In this document: positions 1 through 9,842 of the stretch, one piece after another | Layout: the number at the start of each line of letters is the position of its first letter | Numbering within the stretch: position 1 is the stretch's first letter | Virus record (IMG/VR): IMGVR_UViG_3300042894_002769 | Location: 15,226 to 79,225 of that record | Source: a virus | Length of the DNA stretch: 64,000 nt | Direction: 5' to 3' (one strand) | Position numbers and translations under genes: made by a program | Notes under the pieces: model-generated | What the model was told of the DNA's origin: nothing | The model's input: the letters and a program-made list of their open reading frames with translations, nothing else | The model's database searches: none

Positions 1-1608
1 ACCTGCACCAGTAGTCAATACTAATACAATAAAGCCTTCAGATTCATTGAGGAACTTATCACGAAGAACAGTGTTTTCGAAATACGCAGTTAAGTTACCA
101 GATACGTCGATAGCGCCAACAAATACATCAGGAGTTACATCTGAGCCAACGCAATCACCTTTTGTACCATTACCGTTAATAGTAATGTCAAATGCCGTGA
201 TTAAGCCAGATTCGATAACGTCATCAATGTAAATCGCACCAACAGCTGATGAGAATACTGAATCTGTACCAATTGCTTGTGCGCCAGCTGCTAATACTGA
301 TGTCGTACCTGAAGTCATGTTTTGACCCATGAACGAAATATCAGCAGTAACCAAACCAGATGCAGGTGCTTTAATTGCTAACTGAGTTGCACGGCAACCT
401 TTGAATACTTCAGATACAGCAATATCACTAAACCAATGTTCAACACTGAATGAATCATTAGTGTGACCTGTTGTTGGAATAAATGTATTTTTACCAACAG
501 TTGCAAATGTCACAGCTGAAGATGCTGTGCCAGCAGCAGTACCATAACCAGCCGCACCCACCCACAAATCAACACCGTTAGCAATACGAACATCAATAAC
601 AGTTGAGCTAACAACGCGCAATACGACTAAATGGCGATTCAAACCACCAGCAGCTAATGATAACCAACCACCAGTAGCAGCAGTAGCTTTGATAACTGAA
701 CCAACTTTAACATTGGCAAAAGTACCAGTTGTTGCAGTTAATCTTGCACCAACAGCAGTTTCTAATGATGGTGTCACAGCAGTTGGGAATGTTGCAGCAG
801 GTGTGCTAAAGTTTCTACGCAAAACAGCTGCAATAAAATCAGAATATGAATTACTTGATAATTCACCACTAATTGAACCGTCAACAGATTTACCACCGTG
901 TCTGAAATCAGCACGTTGCATATCAGTACGAATTTCATTTGATTTGAAAGTTGCTTTTTTCAATTCAATGTTAGAAGTAACACGACGTGCAATTTTTGGA
1001 GTTGAGCCAGTTAAACTCAATGTTACCGCTACACCAGTTGCGATAGCTTGTGGTAAAGGTGGTACAAATGTAATTTCAGTTGTAGTTGTTGCATTGTTAG
1101 TAATACCTGTAACTGTAAATACTTGTGTAAGACCGGCTAATGTAAATTGCTGACCTAATGCGTAAATACCTGTCACAGCTGTTAGTAAAGTATTGTTATC
1201 ACCAGCCATATTAGAACCACTAGTAGAACCAGCGGCACTTGGAACAGTGATGGTGTCAACAGCAGTTGAAGTTACTAGTGTAGCAATTGCATTATTTGCA
1301 GCAGCGACAGCAGCATTATTTAATGTTAAAGCAGTTGTCACGCCAGTTGCACTGTGTGTTGCCGCAGTTACTTTGAATGATTCACCATTGATTTTAATAA
1401 CTTGACCAACAAGAAATGTTCCAGTTGTACCAGCTGCTAAAATCGCAGTTGCTACAGCTGCCGCAGTTGCAGCTGCCGCATAAGTAACACCGCCTGTAAT
1501 GGTCGCAGGTGAGAGTAAGCCTTCACCAGATACTCGCGTACCTAGTACACCGAAAGTAGATTCTTTCGCGTAAGCCACCTGCTTAAATATACCAGTTGCT
1601 ATAGTCAT
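1..1608 (-). CDS. Major tail tube protein (Phage_tube_2-like), 3' end beyond window, with large N-terminal insertion
   Basis: Not in the ORF track; manual translation from ATG at 1608 gives MTIATGIFKQVAYAKESTFG...RRVTSNIELKKATFKSNEIRTDMQRADFRHGGKSVDGSISGEL...VSGNLTAYFENTVLRDKFLNE; follows the tail terminator gene. Confidence 0.88.
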   Translation of the reverse strand, partial: MTIATGIFKQVAYAKESTFGVLGTRVSGEGLLSPATITGGVTYAAAATAAAVATAILAAGTTGTFLVGQVIKINGESFKVTAATHSATGVTTALTLNNAAVAAANNAIATLVTSTAVDTITVPSAAGSTSGSNMAGDNNTLLTAVTGIYALGQQFTLAGLTQVFTVTGITNNATTTTEITFVPPLPQAIATGVAVTLSLTGSTPKIARRVTSNIELKKATFKSNEIRTDMQRADFRHGGKSVDGSISGELSSNSYSDFIAAVLRRNFSTPAATFPTAVTPSLETAVGARLTATTGTFANVKVGSVIKATAATGGWLSLAAGGLNRHLVVLRVVSSTVIDVRIANGVDLWVGAAGYGTAAGTASSAVTFATVGKNTFIPTTGHTNDSFSVEHWFSDIAVSEVFKGCRATQLAIKAPASGLVTADISFMGQNMTSGTTSVLAAGAQAIGTDSVFSSAVGAIYIDDVIESGLITAFDITINGNGTKGDCVGSDVTPDVFVGAIDVSGNLTAYFENTVLRDKFLNESEGFIVLVLTTGAG

Positions 1609-1620
1609 TTCGTTAATTCC

Positions 1621-2028
1621 TTAATTAAGAAAGTTAGAATAAAAATATACCTTCACAGTTACCACGAATCTATCACCATTGGTATAGTTCGAGGTTTCAG
1701 GTGTGGCGTATATTACCACGTTAATTCCATTTTTAGTTAAAACAGTTCCTCGCTTGAATTTATTTCTCACGAGGTCTGCTCTGCGTAATGCGTCACCAGT
1801 ACCTTTACCTCTTGGATAAAGTAAGTCAACTTGAAGATAACCTTCTTCTCTGTGCTGAATATCACCTATTGTTGAGTTGACAGGTTTAGTGGATGTGATG
1901 GTTACATATTGAAACGGAACATCAACTTTTGGTGTATATGATGTATTTTCAAAAACCGTATCGATTGCCGGTGTCATTGTCAACAATGCTGACTCTAAAG
2001 CTGATTTAATGTTAATTAAACTACTCAT
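1621..2028 (-). CDS. Tail terminator-like protein (DUF4128-like)
   Basis: Size, synteny, motif GYLQVDLLYPRGKGTG...FKRG. Confidence 0.75.
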   Translation of the reverse strand: MSSLINIKSALESALLTMTPAIDTVFENTSYTPKVDVPFQYVTITSTKPVNSTIGDIQHREEGYLQVDLLYPRGKGTGDALRRADLVRNKFKRGTVLTKNGINVVIYATPETSNYTNGDRFVVTVKVYFYSNFLN

Positions 2029-2597
2029 TGTTTATATTCCATAATAGCTTTTCGTAATCCTTGTGTCATTGCTGCATCAATATCAGAAGCAGTAATGTTA
2101 TCACCAAGTACAGCATCAGGTGACGTTGCTGTTGGTGAAGGCATTACATACGCCCATGTCGCACCACCATTACCATGACCATCCCATTTTTCAACAGCTT
2201 CAGCATAATATTTTTGAGGATTTCTTGAATTCGGTTTACTTCTAGCGTTGTTATAAATTATATACCGCTTTGGCTTAACGCCATCTAATCCATGATTTGT
2301 TTGTAATCTTGCAACTTCTGCTAATGCGCCAGAACCTGATGCGTCAGCTTCTCTTTGAAGATTTAAATCAAAACTAAATGTAGTTACATTCCAGTTATTT
2401 TTATAACCGCCAGCAGGTCTATGTGATGGTAATTCGGGCATAAAATCATTTTTACCACCTCTCCAAAACTCAGGATGTCGAATAGGTGACATCTGTATCA
2501 AATAGGTTGTCAAATCAGCAACACCGTATCTAACAGCACGATGCCCAATGCGCTCGGCTTTATTTATTTGAGCCTTTAAAAATTCTTCAAGGTTCAT
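2025..2597 (-). CDS. Neck/tail-completion protein (HK97 gp10-like position)
   Basis: Synteny; SP...GGYKNNWNV...IYNN...YAEAVE pattern. Confidence 0.55.
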   Translation of the reverse strand: MNLEEFLKAQINKAERIGHRAVRYGVADLTTYLIQMSPIRHPEFWRGGKNDFMPELPSHRPAGGYKNNWNVTTFSFDLNLQREADASGSGALAEVARLQTNHGLDGVKPKRYIIYNNARSKPNSRNPQKYYAEAVEKWDGHGNGGATWAYVMPSPTATSPDAVLGDNITASDIDAAMTQGLRKAIMEYKQ

Positions 2598-2953
2598 GTC
2601 ACACCTCGTACTTGAACCTCGTACAGAACGACAACTGATGCCGGTTTAATAATTTTCACATCGATGACTGAAAATTTATCAGTACCAACAGTTATGGTGT
2701 CATTTGGTAAAATTGCAGATACCCCGACTGGACTAACTAATAACTTTCTATCTGAGAATTTGATTGAACCTGAACTTTTCTCATTGTCTGTAAACGTATC
2801 GACAACTGCCACAGTCGATACAGTTACTTCAGTTTCGCTATAGCCGCCAGTATTGGCATCATATTGACCTGTCGATTTAGAGGTAATCGTAACGGCTTGC
2901 CCAAACTCCGCAAGCAAATTATCCGCAGTTATGAGCAAATTTTCGTAGTTCAT
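2594..2953 (-). CDS. Head closure protein
   Basis: LLAEFGQAVTIT...YD.NTG...DRKLLV...VVLYEVQVR; synteny. Confidence 0.7.
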   Translation of the reverse strand: MNYENLLITADNLLAEFGQAVTITSKSTGQYDANTGGYSETEVTVSTVAVVDTFTDNEKSSGSIKFSDRKLLVSPVGVSAILPNDTITVGTDKFSVIDVKIIKPASVVVLYEVQVRGVT

Positions 2954-3459
2954 CGGATTACTCTACCACTACCAGTTGTATTCGATAATAAAGTCTTAGC
3001 TAAATTATCAGCCATGATGTATTGTGAAAACTGCTTTCTTGTTTCAGGCTGATTATATGGACGTTCAATAACATCAACTGTTTTAATACTACCGACAGTT
3101 CGTTCAGTACGGGTATTGATTTGCAACTCAGTATCGATATTATTTGCAAGTTCAGCCTTAGCTGCAATCACAGCATACTCACAAATAGCTTTGAGCATAT
3201 TTGGTGGCATCGCTACGTCGCCATCACGAGGGAACGACAATGATTGTGTTTCAGTTAACGGTAAATCTTTTAATTTTGTTGCAAAGCGCATTTCAAAATA
3301 GTCAGTTGCTTTGACCAATGCGATTTTTTTCGCATCAGTAAACAAGTCTACCCAAGTCGCATTTCCGCGCAATGTGAAATACTCATTTGCAAACTCTAAT
3401 GTACATAAAGAATTAGCATCCACTAATCCTGTACCATCTTCAGCAATAAACATGACCAT
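2950..3459 (-). CDS. Head-tail adaptor (DnaT_2-like family)
   Basis: EDGTGLVDANS...ALVKATDY...QSLSFPR signature. Confidence 0.75.
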   Translation of the reverse strand: MVMFIAEDGTGLVDANSLCTLEFANEYFTLRGNATWVDLFTDAKKIALVKATDYFEMRFATKLKDLPLTETQSLSFPRDGDVAMPPNMLKAICEYAVIAAKAELANNIDTELQINTRTERTVGSIKTVDVIERPYNQPETRKQFSQYIMADNLAKTLLSNTTGSGRVIR

Positions 3460-3482
3460 CCTCGCTTAACATTATTTTCAAC

Positions 3483-3511
3483 ATATTACAATGTTTTTTA
3501 TAAATTGTCAT
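3483..3511 (-). promoter_or_regulatory. Putative sigma70 promoter for head-tail genes
   Basis: ATGACA-17nt-TAATAT just downstream of a terminator. Confidence 0.45.
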
Positions 3512-3518
3512 TATTAAA

Positions 3519-3546
3519 TAAGAGCTATTTATCGCAATAGCTCTTA
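3519..3546 (-). terminator. Hairpin terminator ending the accessory virion block
   Basis: 11-bp stem TAAGAGCTATT/AATAGCTCTTA. Confidence 0.6.
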
Positions 3547-3551
3547 ATGGT

Positions 3552-3755
3552 TTAGCCAAACGTCATGCCAATTTCAACATATTGGTTTTTTGAAAACTCA
3601 GGAACTTCGGCTATCGTACCGACAACTCCTGTTTCAACATCATAATATTTTTGAACCACAATTGAATCGATTTCTTCTTGTGATAGACCTTGATAAAAAT
3701 GTGTGCAATTTGGCATTTTGTCTGCCAGTTTTAATGTTGCCATTGTCAACTCCAA
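3552..3755 (-). CDS. Hypothetical protein
   Basis: ORF coupled to the upstream gene. Confidence 0.6.
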   Translation of the reverse strand: MELTMATLKLADKMPNCTHFYQGLSQEEIDSIVVQKYYDVETGVVGTIAEVPEFSKNQYVEIGMTFG

Positions 3756-4753
3756 AATTGAATTAAAGTTTCTGTGTATGTACCACTACCTGTATTTTGT
3801 TGCCAGCTTGCAGGTGGAGCTGAGAGAATACGCGCTAAATTGAATCCTGTAAATAAGACGGACGTATAATCAAAAATAAGCGTTTTCGCAGACGGGTTAG
3901 CAATGAGCATTGTGTTCATTCCCGAACCATAATTAAACATATCTGTGAATCTTGAATCGCTAATGGTTATTAACTTCACAGAACCTATTGTGGACGTAAT
4001 TGCGAACACATCTCTAAAGTCTTTGATTGACACCACTCTACTAGCCGATATGAATGATGTTTTAAATAGTTCAGTATCTATGTAAAATTTAAGCGTGTTA
4101 ATTTTAACTGAACCTGTAAAGCTAAAGAGCAGTCTGTCAATAGGTACGTTAAGTGACGCAAAAGTGACATTAGCCATGCTAACTGTCTGCATACCATAAA
4201 AATTACTTCTAAGTATCGCCATTGACGGGTTGTCGCCAAAAACATAATCGTATTTTTTAAAAGTTACAATTTTACCAAGTGGTACTGACGATGTTTTAAA
4301 TAGTGAGGTGTCCCTATAAAACTTAGCTGTTGTTATTTTCGGCAAACTAATAAGTGACCCAACGTCAAATCTAAGAATACTTTTATTTAACATTGAAATT
4401 ACTTTAACTGTTGTCAATCCAGCAAATTTATAAACATTTTTTAGATTTGATATTGTTGTGACGCTCACGGGTTTAACAAAAGTAACAAATTCAGGTCTAG
4501 CTATACTTCTTGTGATAACGGGAGCAGGTTTAATAAACGAATGGTCAAATCTTAATTTTACTGAGTATTTTGAATATAAACTTCCAGTGGGATTGGTTTT
4601 TAATCCGGCAAATTTATAAATTTGTTGAATGCCCGCGCTAACAAGTAACGCGGGTTTCAGTGCCGATATTTCACGAGTAAGCGAACCGATAGCCGCACTG
4701 CGACTACCAAATCCGAATTTATAAATTCCCGTGACATCGACTATTGGAATCAT
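3746..4753 (-). CDS. Hypothetical virion-associated protein with internal repeats
   Basis: YKFAGL and KFY.DT.LFKTS each recur; coupled ORF. Confidence 0.6.
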   Translation of the reverse strand: MIPIVDVTGIYKFGFGSRSAAIGSLTREISALKPALLVSAGIQQIYKFAGLKTNPTGSLYSKYSVKLRFDHSFIKPAPVITRSIARPEFVTFVKPVSVTTISNLKNVYKFAGLTTVKVISMLNKSILRFDVGSLISLPKITTAKFYRDTSLFKTSSVPLGKIVTFKKYDYVFGDNPSMAILRSNFYGMQTVSMANVTFASLNVPIDRLLFSFTGSVKINTLKFYIDTELFKTSFISASRVVSIKDFRDVFAITSTIGSVKLITISDSRFTDMFNYGSGMNTMLIANPSAKTLIFDYTSVLFTGFNLARILSAPPASWQQNTGSGTYTETLIQFWS

Positions 4754-6954
4754 GCTGGCATTGCAATTTGACCAAGATTGATTGTACCAGTTGGATTTCC
4801 TCCAACTGATAATCCACCATTGACGTTACTGTAGACTTTAAGACCTGTATCAACAGATACATAAATACGCGAACCATCAAAGAATGCAATGCAGTTTGCT
4901 GTAGCAAACGCATTAGGTGTGCCTTGGTCAATCATCAACACAGGAGCAGCAAGCACAGTTGTCGCTGTTTTGCCTAAAGAAGATATGAACCAAGCATTAG
5001 CAACAGCTGAATTCTGAGGTATCAGCACAAGCGAACCTTGACATTTAAATGCAGCCATAGCTCGGTTTGCAGTTAGTGCCGATGCAGTACCAACTGACGT
5101 TGCACCAATTAACACACCTGTTCTTGGATTAAACTGAGTCTGATAAATTGTACTTGATGTCACAGCTTGCCAAGAAATAGCATTGTTGCCATCTAACATT
5201 TGAACATTGACGTTACTAGGAATACCGCCTGTTGCAACTGTTGTTATCAATGTGGGTGTTGTGCCATTAAAAGGAATTTTAATAATTCTAAAATTGACTG
5301 CTGCAACTGGAATTGGACTAGCTAAGAAATTACCTTCAAAATCCGCCTCAATATCACGAACAATTTGAGATTCTGATGCAGGTAAAGCAGGACTTGTTAC
5401 CGTTGCAGGTGATGCTGCGGTTATTGCAGTCACAGTTCCTGTTGATGCTTGTGCAATATATCTAGCAAAAATCGGAGTATTCGATGCTGCGAAAGGTGCG
5501 CAAACAACTGTACCGCCATTGATACCAATAGCACTATAACCAGCACCAGCTGCTATGGTTGCAACAGTTTCATCAGCTGTATCGATACGAGTTAGAGCCG
5601 TTGCCGCTGTACTAGATGTCGCATAAACAAAGCGTTCACCATCAAATTCAATATCGGTGTAACCACCACCTGAAGCAACGGTATTTGCGGTTTTAGTATC
5701 AAGTCTAAATCTCACAATTGAGCCACCACCAGCTAAAATTGCGTAAATCGAAACACCTGTGTAACAAACAGCTTCGGGTCTACCGCCAAACGCATATATC
5801 TCATTTGTCCATGATGTATTGGCAAACCAAGATGTGTTATCGGTACTTGCTGTTTTATGGTGGCAGTTTAATAACCAATGAGGTCTATCAGTACCAGTGC
5901 CAGATGCGTTGCCATCTGTATCACAAGGTATTGTGATTTTATTCATATTTTGACCAATTGGCGCTAATACCTTTAAGCCAAAAATTTGACCATAGTTAGT
6001 AATAGTTGTTGCAAAATCAGAAATAGGTTTTATTGGCAATGTCAATCTACGAGTAGAATCCCAACCATTTGACACAAATTTATTACCTAGGTTTCCTAAG
6101 TACCAAATAAAAGGATTAACTGTCAATGCTAACCAATTTGGCATAAAGGTTGCGCCATAGTCACCACCCCATGTTTTAGCCGCGTTGATACCAAAATAAC
6201 CTTGACGGGTTCTTGGCATGCAAATCAATGTGTAATCAGTATTGTTTAACGGTTTACCTGAACCACCTGCGGTTTGTGAACCTAAGCACCACAATGTTGA
6301 CGACACCCATCCCCAACAAGGATAATTCGCAGTTGTTGTGTCCATCACATCTTCACGCGCAGTTTCAAAAATACCTGCCCACAGTGAAGGCTCGTTATTC
6401 ACATAAGAGTGAATCATTCCCCATCGCGGTGCAAAATTTACAATGAAATCACAAGAGGTTAAGTTAAATCCAATTGGCGCACTATCCATATAAGTATAGG
6501 CTTCGTTGACACCTGTTTTAGATGAAGTCGCTGTTGGTGTAGCTGAATTGTAATTAACAGGGTTATCCCAATATTCAAAGCATGTGATATTAACAATCAA
6601 TCGTTTTAAATTGTAACGTAATACTGCATTTTTGTAAGTCACACCGTCTTTATTTCGACATCTAAACACTTGTGTGTAAATTGGCGATTGTGTTCCTGAA
6701 GTAGCATCTTGACCACCCCAAAATGAATCGAATAATATCCAACCGCTATCAATTTGAGCTGTTACACCTGAAGCTGCTGTGAAGGTCACACCGGATAACG
6801 CACCCGCGCTGCCAACAGTCGTATCGGTAATTGCATCCGCAATCGCATTAGCAAAAGTTAAAAATGGCGTTAAATTTGCCGCACCCGATGTAGGGGTAAA
6901 TTGTGTAGAAATTTGAACAGTGGACTGTCCTATGTATTTAGCTGAGATTGTCAT
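4750..6954 (-). CDS. Large beta-rich virion protein (fibre/spike-like, C-terminal propeller-like)
   Basis: 734 aa, T/A/G/S-rich, FDGERFVY and FDGSRIYV repeats; structural operon. Confidence 0.55.
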   Translation of the reverse strand: MTISAKYIGQSTVQISTQFTPTSGAANLTPFLTFANAIADAITDTTVGSAGALSGVTFTAASGVTAQIDSGWILFDSFWGGQDATSGTQSPIYTQVFRCRNKDGVTYKNAVLRYNLKRLIVNITCFEYWDNPVNYNSATPTATSSKTGVNEAYTYMDSAPIGFNLTSCDFIVNFAPRWGMIHSYVNNEPSLWAGIFETAREDVMDTTTANYPCWGWVSSTLWCLGSQTAGGSGKPLNNTDYTLICMPRTRQGYFGINAAKTWGGDYGATFMPNWLALTVNPFIWYLGNLGNKFVSNGWDSTRRLTLPIKPISDFATTITNYGQIFGLKVLAPIGQNMNKITIPCDTDGNASGTGTDRPHWLLNCHHKTASTDNTSWFANTSWTNEIYAFGGRPEAVCYTGVSIYAILAGGGSIVRFRLDTKTANTVASGGGYTDIEFDGERFVYATSSTAATALTRIDTADETVATIAAGAGYSAIGINGGTVVCAPFAASNTPIFARYIAQASTGTVTAITAASPATVTSPALPASESQIVRDIEADFEGNFLASPIPVAAVNFRIIKIPFNGTTPTLITTVATGGIPSNVNVQMLDGNNAISWQAVTSSTIYQTQFNPRTGVLIGATSVGTASALTANRAMAAFKCQGSLVLIPQNSAVANAWFISSLGKTATTVLAAPVLMIDQGTPNAFATANCIAFFDGSRIYVSVDTGLKVYSNVNGGLSVGGNPTGTINLGQIAMPA

Positions 6955-7841
6955 GAGTACACCATAATTAAGTTTAAGTTTTTACCACCAGTTGTTAACA
7001 AATCTACCGTCAAATAATCATTTTCAGTTACGGTCAATGGTAATGGTTGTTTGTCTGATTTTTCAGTATCTGGCGGCAATGATATTGACCCTACCATAAT
7101 ACCATTTTTATTGACATTTACAGTTACTTCTTCTTGTGAATTAACACCAATTGATAAATACGCTTCAGTGATAACAATAGTCTTATCAGGAAAAAACTTA
7201 ACTGTTCCTAGCATTGGAACAAGTGTACCAATCAAATTAAATATTCGTATGTCGCTAGGTTTTGGAATATTTTTCCAAAGATTAGTAGTAGCATCGTATG
7301 AAATAATATCATCGTCTTGTGGCGTAGTTATCGCAACATTATGGAGTTCTTCAAGCTCGTAACCATTTTGAACTTTTACTGAAATTGAGCCATTGTTTAT
7401 TTGCTTACGAGTAACAACACCAAGATAAACTAAATGAGCAGGCGCATGTGGTTTGTCGGTATAGCCATAAATCAATCCGCCAGCAACTGTCGGACTTAGC
7501 CAAACTGGGTCGCCTTCTTGCGTTGCGGCATTAGTATTTAAACCACTAAGCAAGCCATCATTTACAACATAGCCTTGCGCATTTTTAGCTAAATCTTGTT
7601 CAAGCAATCCTAGTGTTTTACTTGATGTTAACTCAGAATTGGCTTTAGCTAATTTGACTAAAACATTAGCACCTGATGCACCACTAACGTAAACAGCTTG
7701 CCCTTTATATATAGTAAAGTCTTCGCCATTTTTCACATATTGGCGAATTTGTGTAGCCGAAATCTCACCGATAATTGAATCACCAACTGGCAATTCGCTT
7801 ATGATTTCATCTATTAAAATTAACGGTCTTCTTGCAGTCAT
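6951..7841 (-). CDS. Putative head fibre/decoration protein
   Basis: KGQAVYVSGASG...GDPVWLSPT..G..GVVTR module; ELHNV...D.ISYD...W.N repeat typical of fibres. Confidence 0.55.
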   Translation of the reverse strand: MTARRPLILIDEIISELPVGDSIIGEISATQIRQYVKNGEDFTIYKGQAVYVSGASGANVLVKLAKANSELTSSKTLGLLEQDLAKNAQGYVVNDGLLSGLNTNAATQEGDPVWLSPTVAGGLIYGYTDKPHAPAHLVYLGVVTRKQINNGSISVKVQNGYELEELHNVAITTPQDDDIISYDATTNLWKNIPKPSDIRIFNLIGTLVPMLGTVKFFPDKTIVITEAYLSIGVNSQEEVTVNVNKNGIMVGSISLPPDTEKSDKQPLPLTVTENDYLTVDLLTTGGKNLNLIMVYS

Positions 7842-7842
7842 T

Positions 7843-8469
7843 TTAAATTTTAATCACAGGTGTGGAAATCGTAATGTACATTTTCGTAGCTGAAATCGCT
7901 GTTCCTATTAACTGGATTAATCCTGCTGTTGGAACAGTCGTTGTAATTTGACCAAGGTGTGTCAAATAATATTTGTCACCAATTGTTAAGTTTTGGAAAT
8001 TTTCAATAAGGCTTCCCGATACACCTATGTCCAGTGTAGCACCAGCAACAGCTGCATTTTTAACAAGACCTATGATTTTTCCGTACAGGGCAGTATCATC
8101 AACATCAGCTACAACTATCCCAGTTGCGCCAGCTGCAATAACGGTATGTGTAGCAATACTAGGTATTGACTGAGGTAGCGGTAAGTGCAATATGGCATAT
8201 TCGCCCGTGTCACCCTTATCGCCTTTTTCACCTTGAAGTCCAGCTGCTGTCACATGGATAATATTTTTTGTGACAGGATTTACTTCGATGATTGTTTTTG
8301 CTTTATTTGAAACTTCTATTATATGATTTTCAGTGGCGACATTTATCGCTCCAGCTGAACTGACTGATGCCACAATTGAATTCGATTTTGGTGCTACCTC
8401 AATAACAGTTTGTTTTTTGGTAGATAGGTCAATTGAATTCTTTTCTGTTGTGACATTTATTATAGTCAT
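7843..8469 (-). CDS. Putative capsid fibre/cement-like protein with short collagen-like stretch
   Basis: GLQGEKGDKGDTG; C-terminal GD.YYL...G.ITTT...IG.A module. Confidence 0.55.
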   Translation of the reverse strand: MTIINVTTEKNSIDLSTKKQTVIEVAPKSNSIVASVSSAGAINVATENHIIEVSNKAKTIIEVNPVTKNIIHVTAAGLQGEKGDKGDTGEYAILHLPLPQSIPSIATHTVIAAGATGIVVADVDDTALYGKIIGLVKNAAVAGATLDIGVSGSLIENFQNLTIGDKYYLTHLGQITTTVPTAGLIQLIGTAISATKMYITISTPVIKI

Positions 8470-8840
8470 GTTGCTCTTGTGACTTCAGGTACTACTAGCA
8501 CCTTGTCTTTGTAATCTGCTACAGGCGGAACGATAGTTGAAACAGTTGTGCCGATTGCATACTGAACGTCATAAAAATATGCGCCAGCAGGAATCAACTT
8601 AGTCATGCTAGAAGGCACGCATAAATAGGCTATGCCGCCAACAATATCATCATTGACATTATTACCAGCCGTTGAGCTAAATTGCAGCACAGCGTCAATA
8701 TCAGCGTCATCGAGAGAAGTTTTTAGCGTTATCCAAAATTTATAACCAGTGATGTTCTGTGGACTACCGGCTAAATCAGTTAGGCGTAACTCAAGATTAA
8801 ACTCGTCGCCTATGCGCATATCATCAATATATTTAGCCAC
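8466..8840 (-). CDS. BppU-N/Ig-like structural adaptor protein
   Basis: GDEFNLEL...NITGY...G.YFYDVQ...VVPEVTR. Confidence 0.6.
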   Translation of the reverse strand: MAKYIDDMRIGDEFNLELRLTDLAGSPQNITGYKFWITLKTSLDDADIDAVLQFSSTAGNNVNDDIVGGIAYLCVPSSMTKLIPAGAYFYDVQYAIGTTVSTIVPPVADYKDKVLVVPEVTRAT

Positions 8841-8882
8841 GATAACCTCTTTCTAAAAGACTTCTCACAATGATTCCTAACA

Positions 8883-9227
8883 TTAATCTACTTCGCTGTT
8901 ATAAACTATTTTTGCAGATACAGTACCTGTTACAGCTGTCACATCCACAATCAAATTGATTGCCGATGCGATAACATAATTTGTAGCACCAGCGGTACTA
9001 ATTGTCGATAACACTAAATCTTTAGCCGCATCGCCAAAAGGATTGCTGATTACTTTAACTGTCGCAGTACCTGTAATATGAACACAAACGGTACTCAAAG
9101 CAGGGCAAAAAAGCTCGCTAGAGCGTGTAGGCGCTGTAACACTTAATTTATCGGTAATTGTAGTTACATCATTAGCTGTAGCTACAGTTGCTGGAAATAT
9201 AAATGCGGTTTTAAAATTATCGCTCAT
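8883..9227 (-). CDS. Hypothetical beta-sandwich virion protein
   Basis: ORF in the structural operon. Confidence 0.55.
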   Translation of the reverse strand: MSDNFKTAFIFPATVATANDVTTITDKLSVTAPTRSSELFCPALSTVCVHITGTATVKVISNPFGDAAKDLVLSTISTAGATNYVIASAINLIVDVTAVTGTVSAKIVYNSEVD

Positions 9228-9784
9228 GGCATTTTACGCGCATCAATTGGATTAACATATCCAAGAATGTCATTAAGACCTAAGCCTGATTCAACAAAGG
9301 CTTTTTGGCGTTCTTCTTGCGCTCTGCGGTCTTGGTCTGCCGCTGCAAAGAATATTTGAATACCGCGAGTCAATTTTGAATCATCGTCTTCATGTGCTAA
9401 TAATTTGCGCAATCCTGCAACTTCAACATGTGCAACTTCCAACTGTTCTTCAATACTGGTTTTTTGAACATTTAGTTCAGAAATAGTGGTTTCCAATGTA
9501 GTGATGCGTGTCAATAACTCATCATCGCTAATAACAGGTTGCTCATCAATAACAGATTGTTCAGGTACAGCATCTTGCGATGCTTGAGCTGGTTTTTTCT
9601 TAGGCGGCTTATATGTTGCCACATTGCTACGAAGTAAACCGTATGCCACATCGTTAATGTTCTCACGAGTGACTTCAACACCAAGTAAACCTGACACGAT
9701 GTCAAGACGAGGTAAACCGTCATCAGTCCATAGACCGTCATCTTCAGGTGATAGTGATTTTAAAGTGCTTAATAAATTTTCCAT
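9224..9784 (-). CDS. Capsid-downstream conserved protein with coiled coil
   Basis: L.PEDDGLWTDDGLPRLD motif common after phage capsid genes; likely start MENLL behind GAGG RBS. Confidence 0.65.
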   Translation of the reverse strand: MENLLSTLKSLSPEDDGLWTDDGLPRLDIVSGLLGVEVTRENINDVAYGLLRSNVATYKPPKKKPAQASQDAVPEQSVIDEQPVISDDELLTRITTLETTISELNVQKTSIEEQLEVAHVEVAGLRKLLAHEDDDSKLTRGIQIFFAAADQDRRAQEERQKAFVESGLGLNDILGYVNPIDARKMP

Positions 9785-9842
9785 GATTACCTCAAATTTG
9801 GAAATGGTGCGCATAAAATATGCGCACCAAAAGAGCAGTTAA

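Noticed and set aside
47-1405. Plus-strand ORFs 47-232, 689-1153, 1193-1405
   Set aside because: Antisense shadows of the minus-strand tail tube gene; the other antisense or nested ORFs in the track were dismissed on the same grounds
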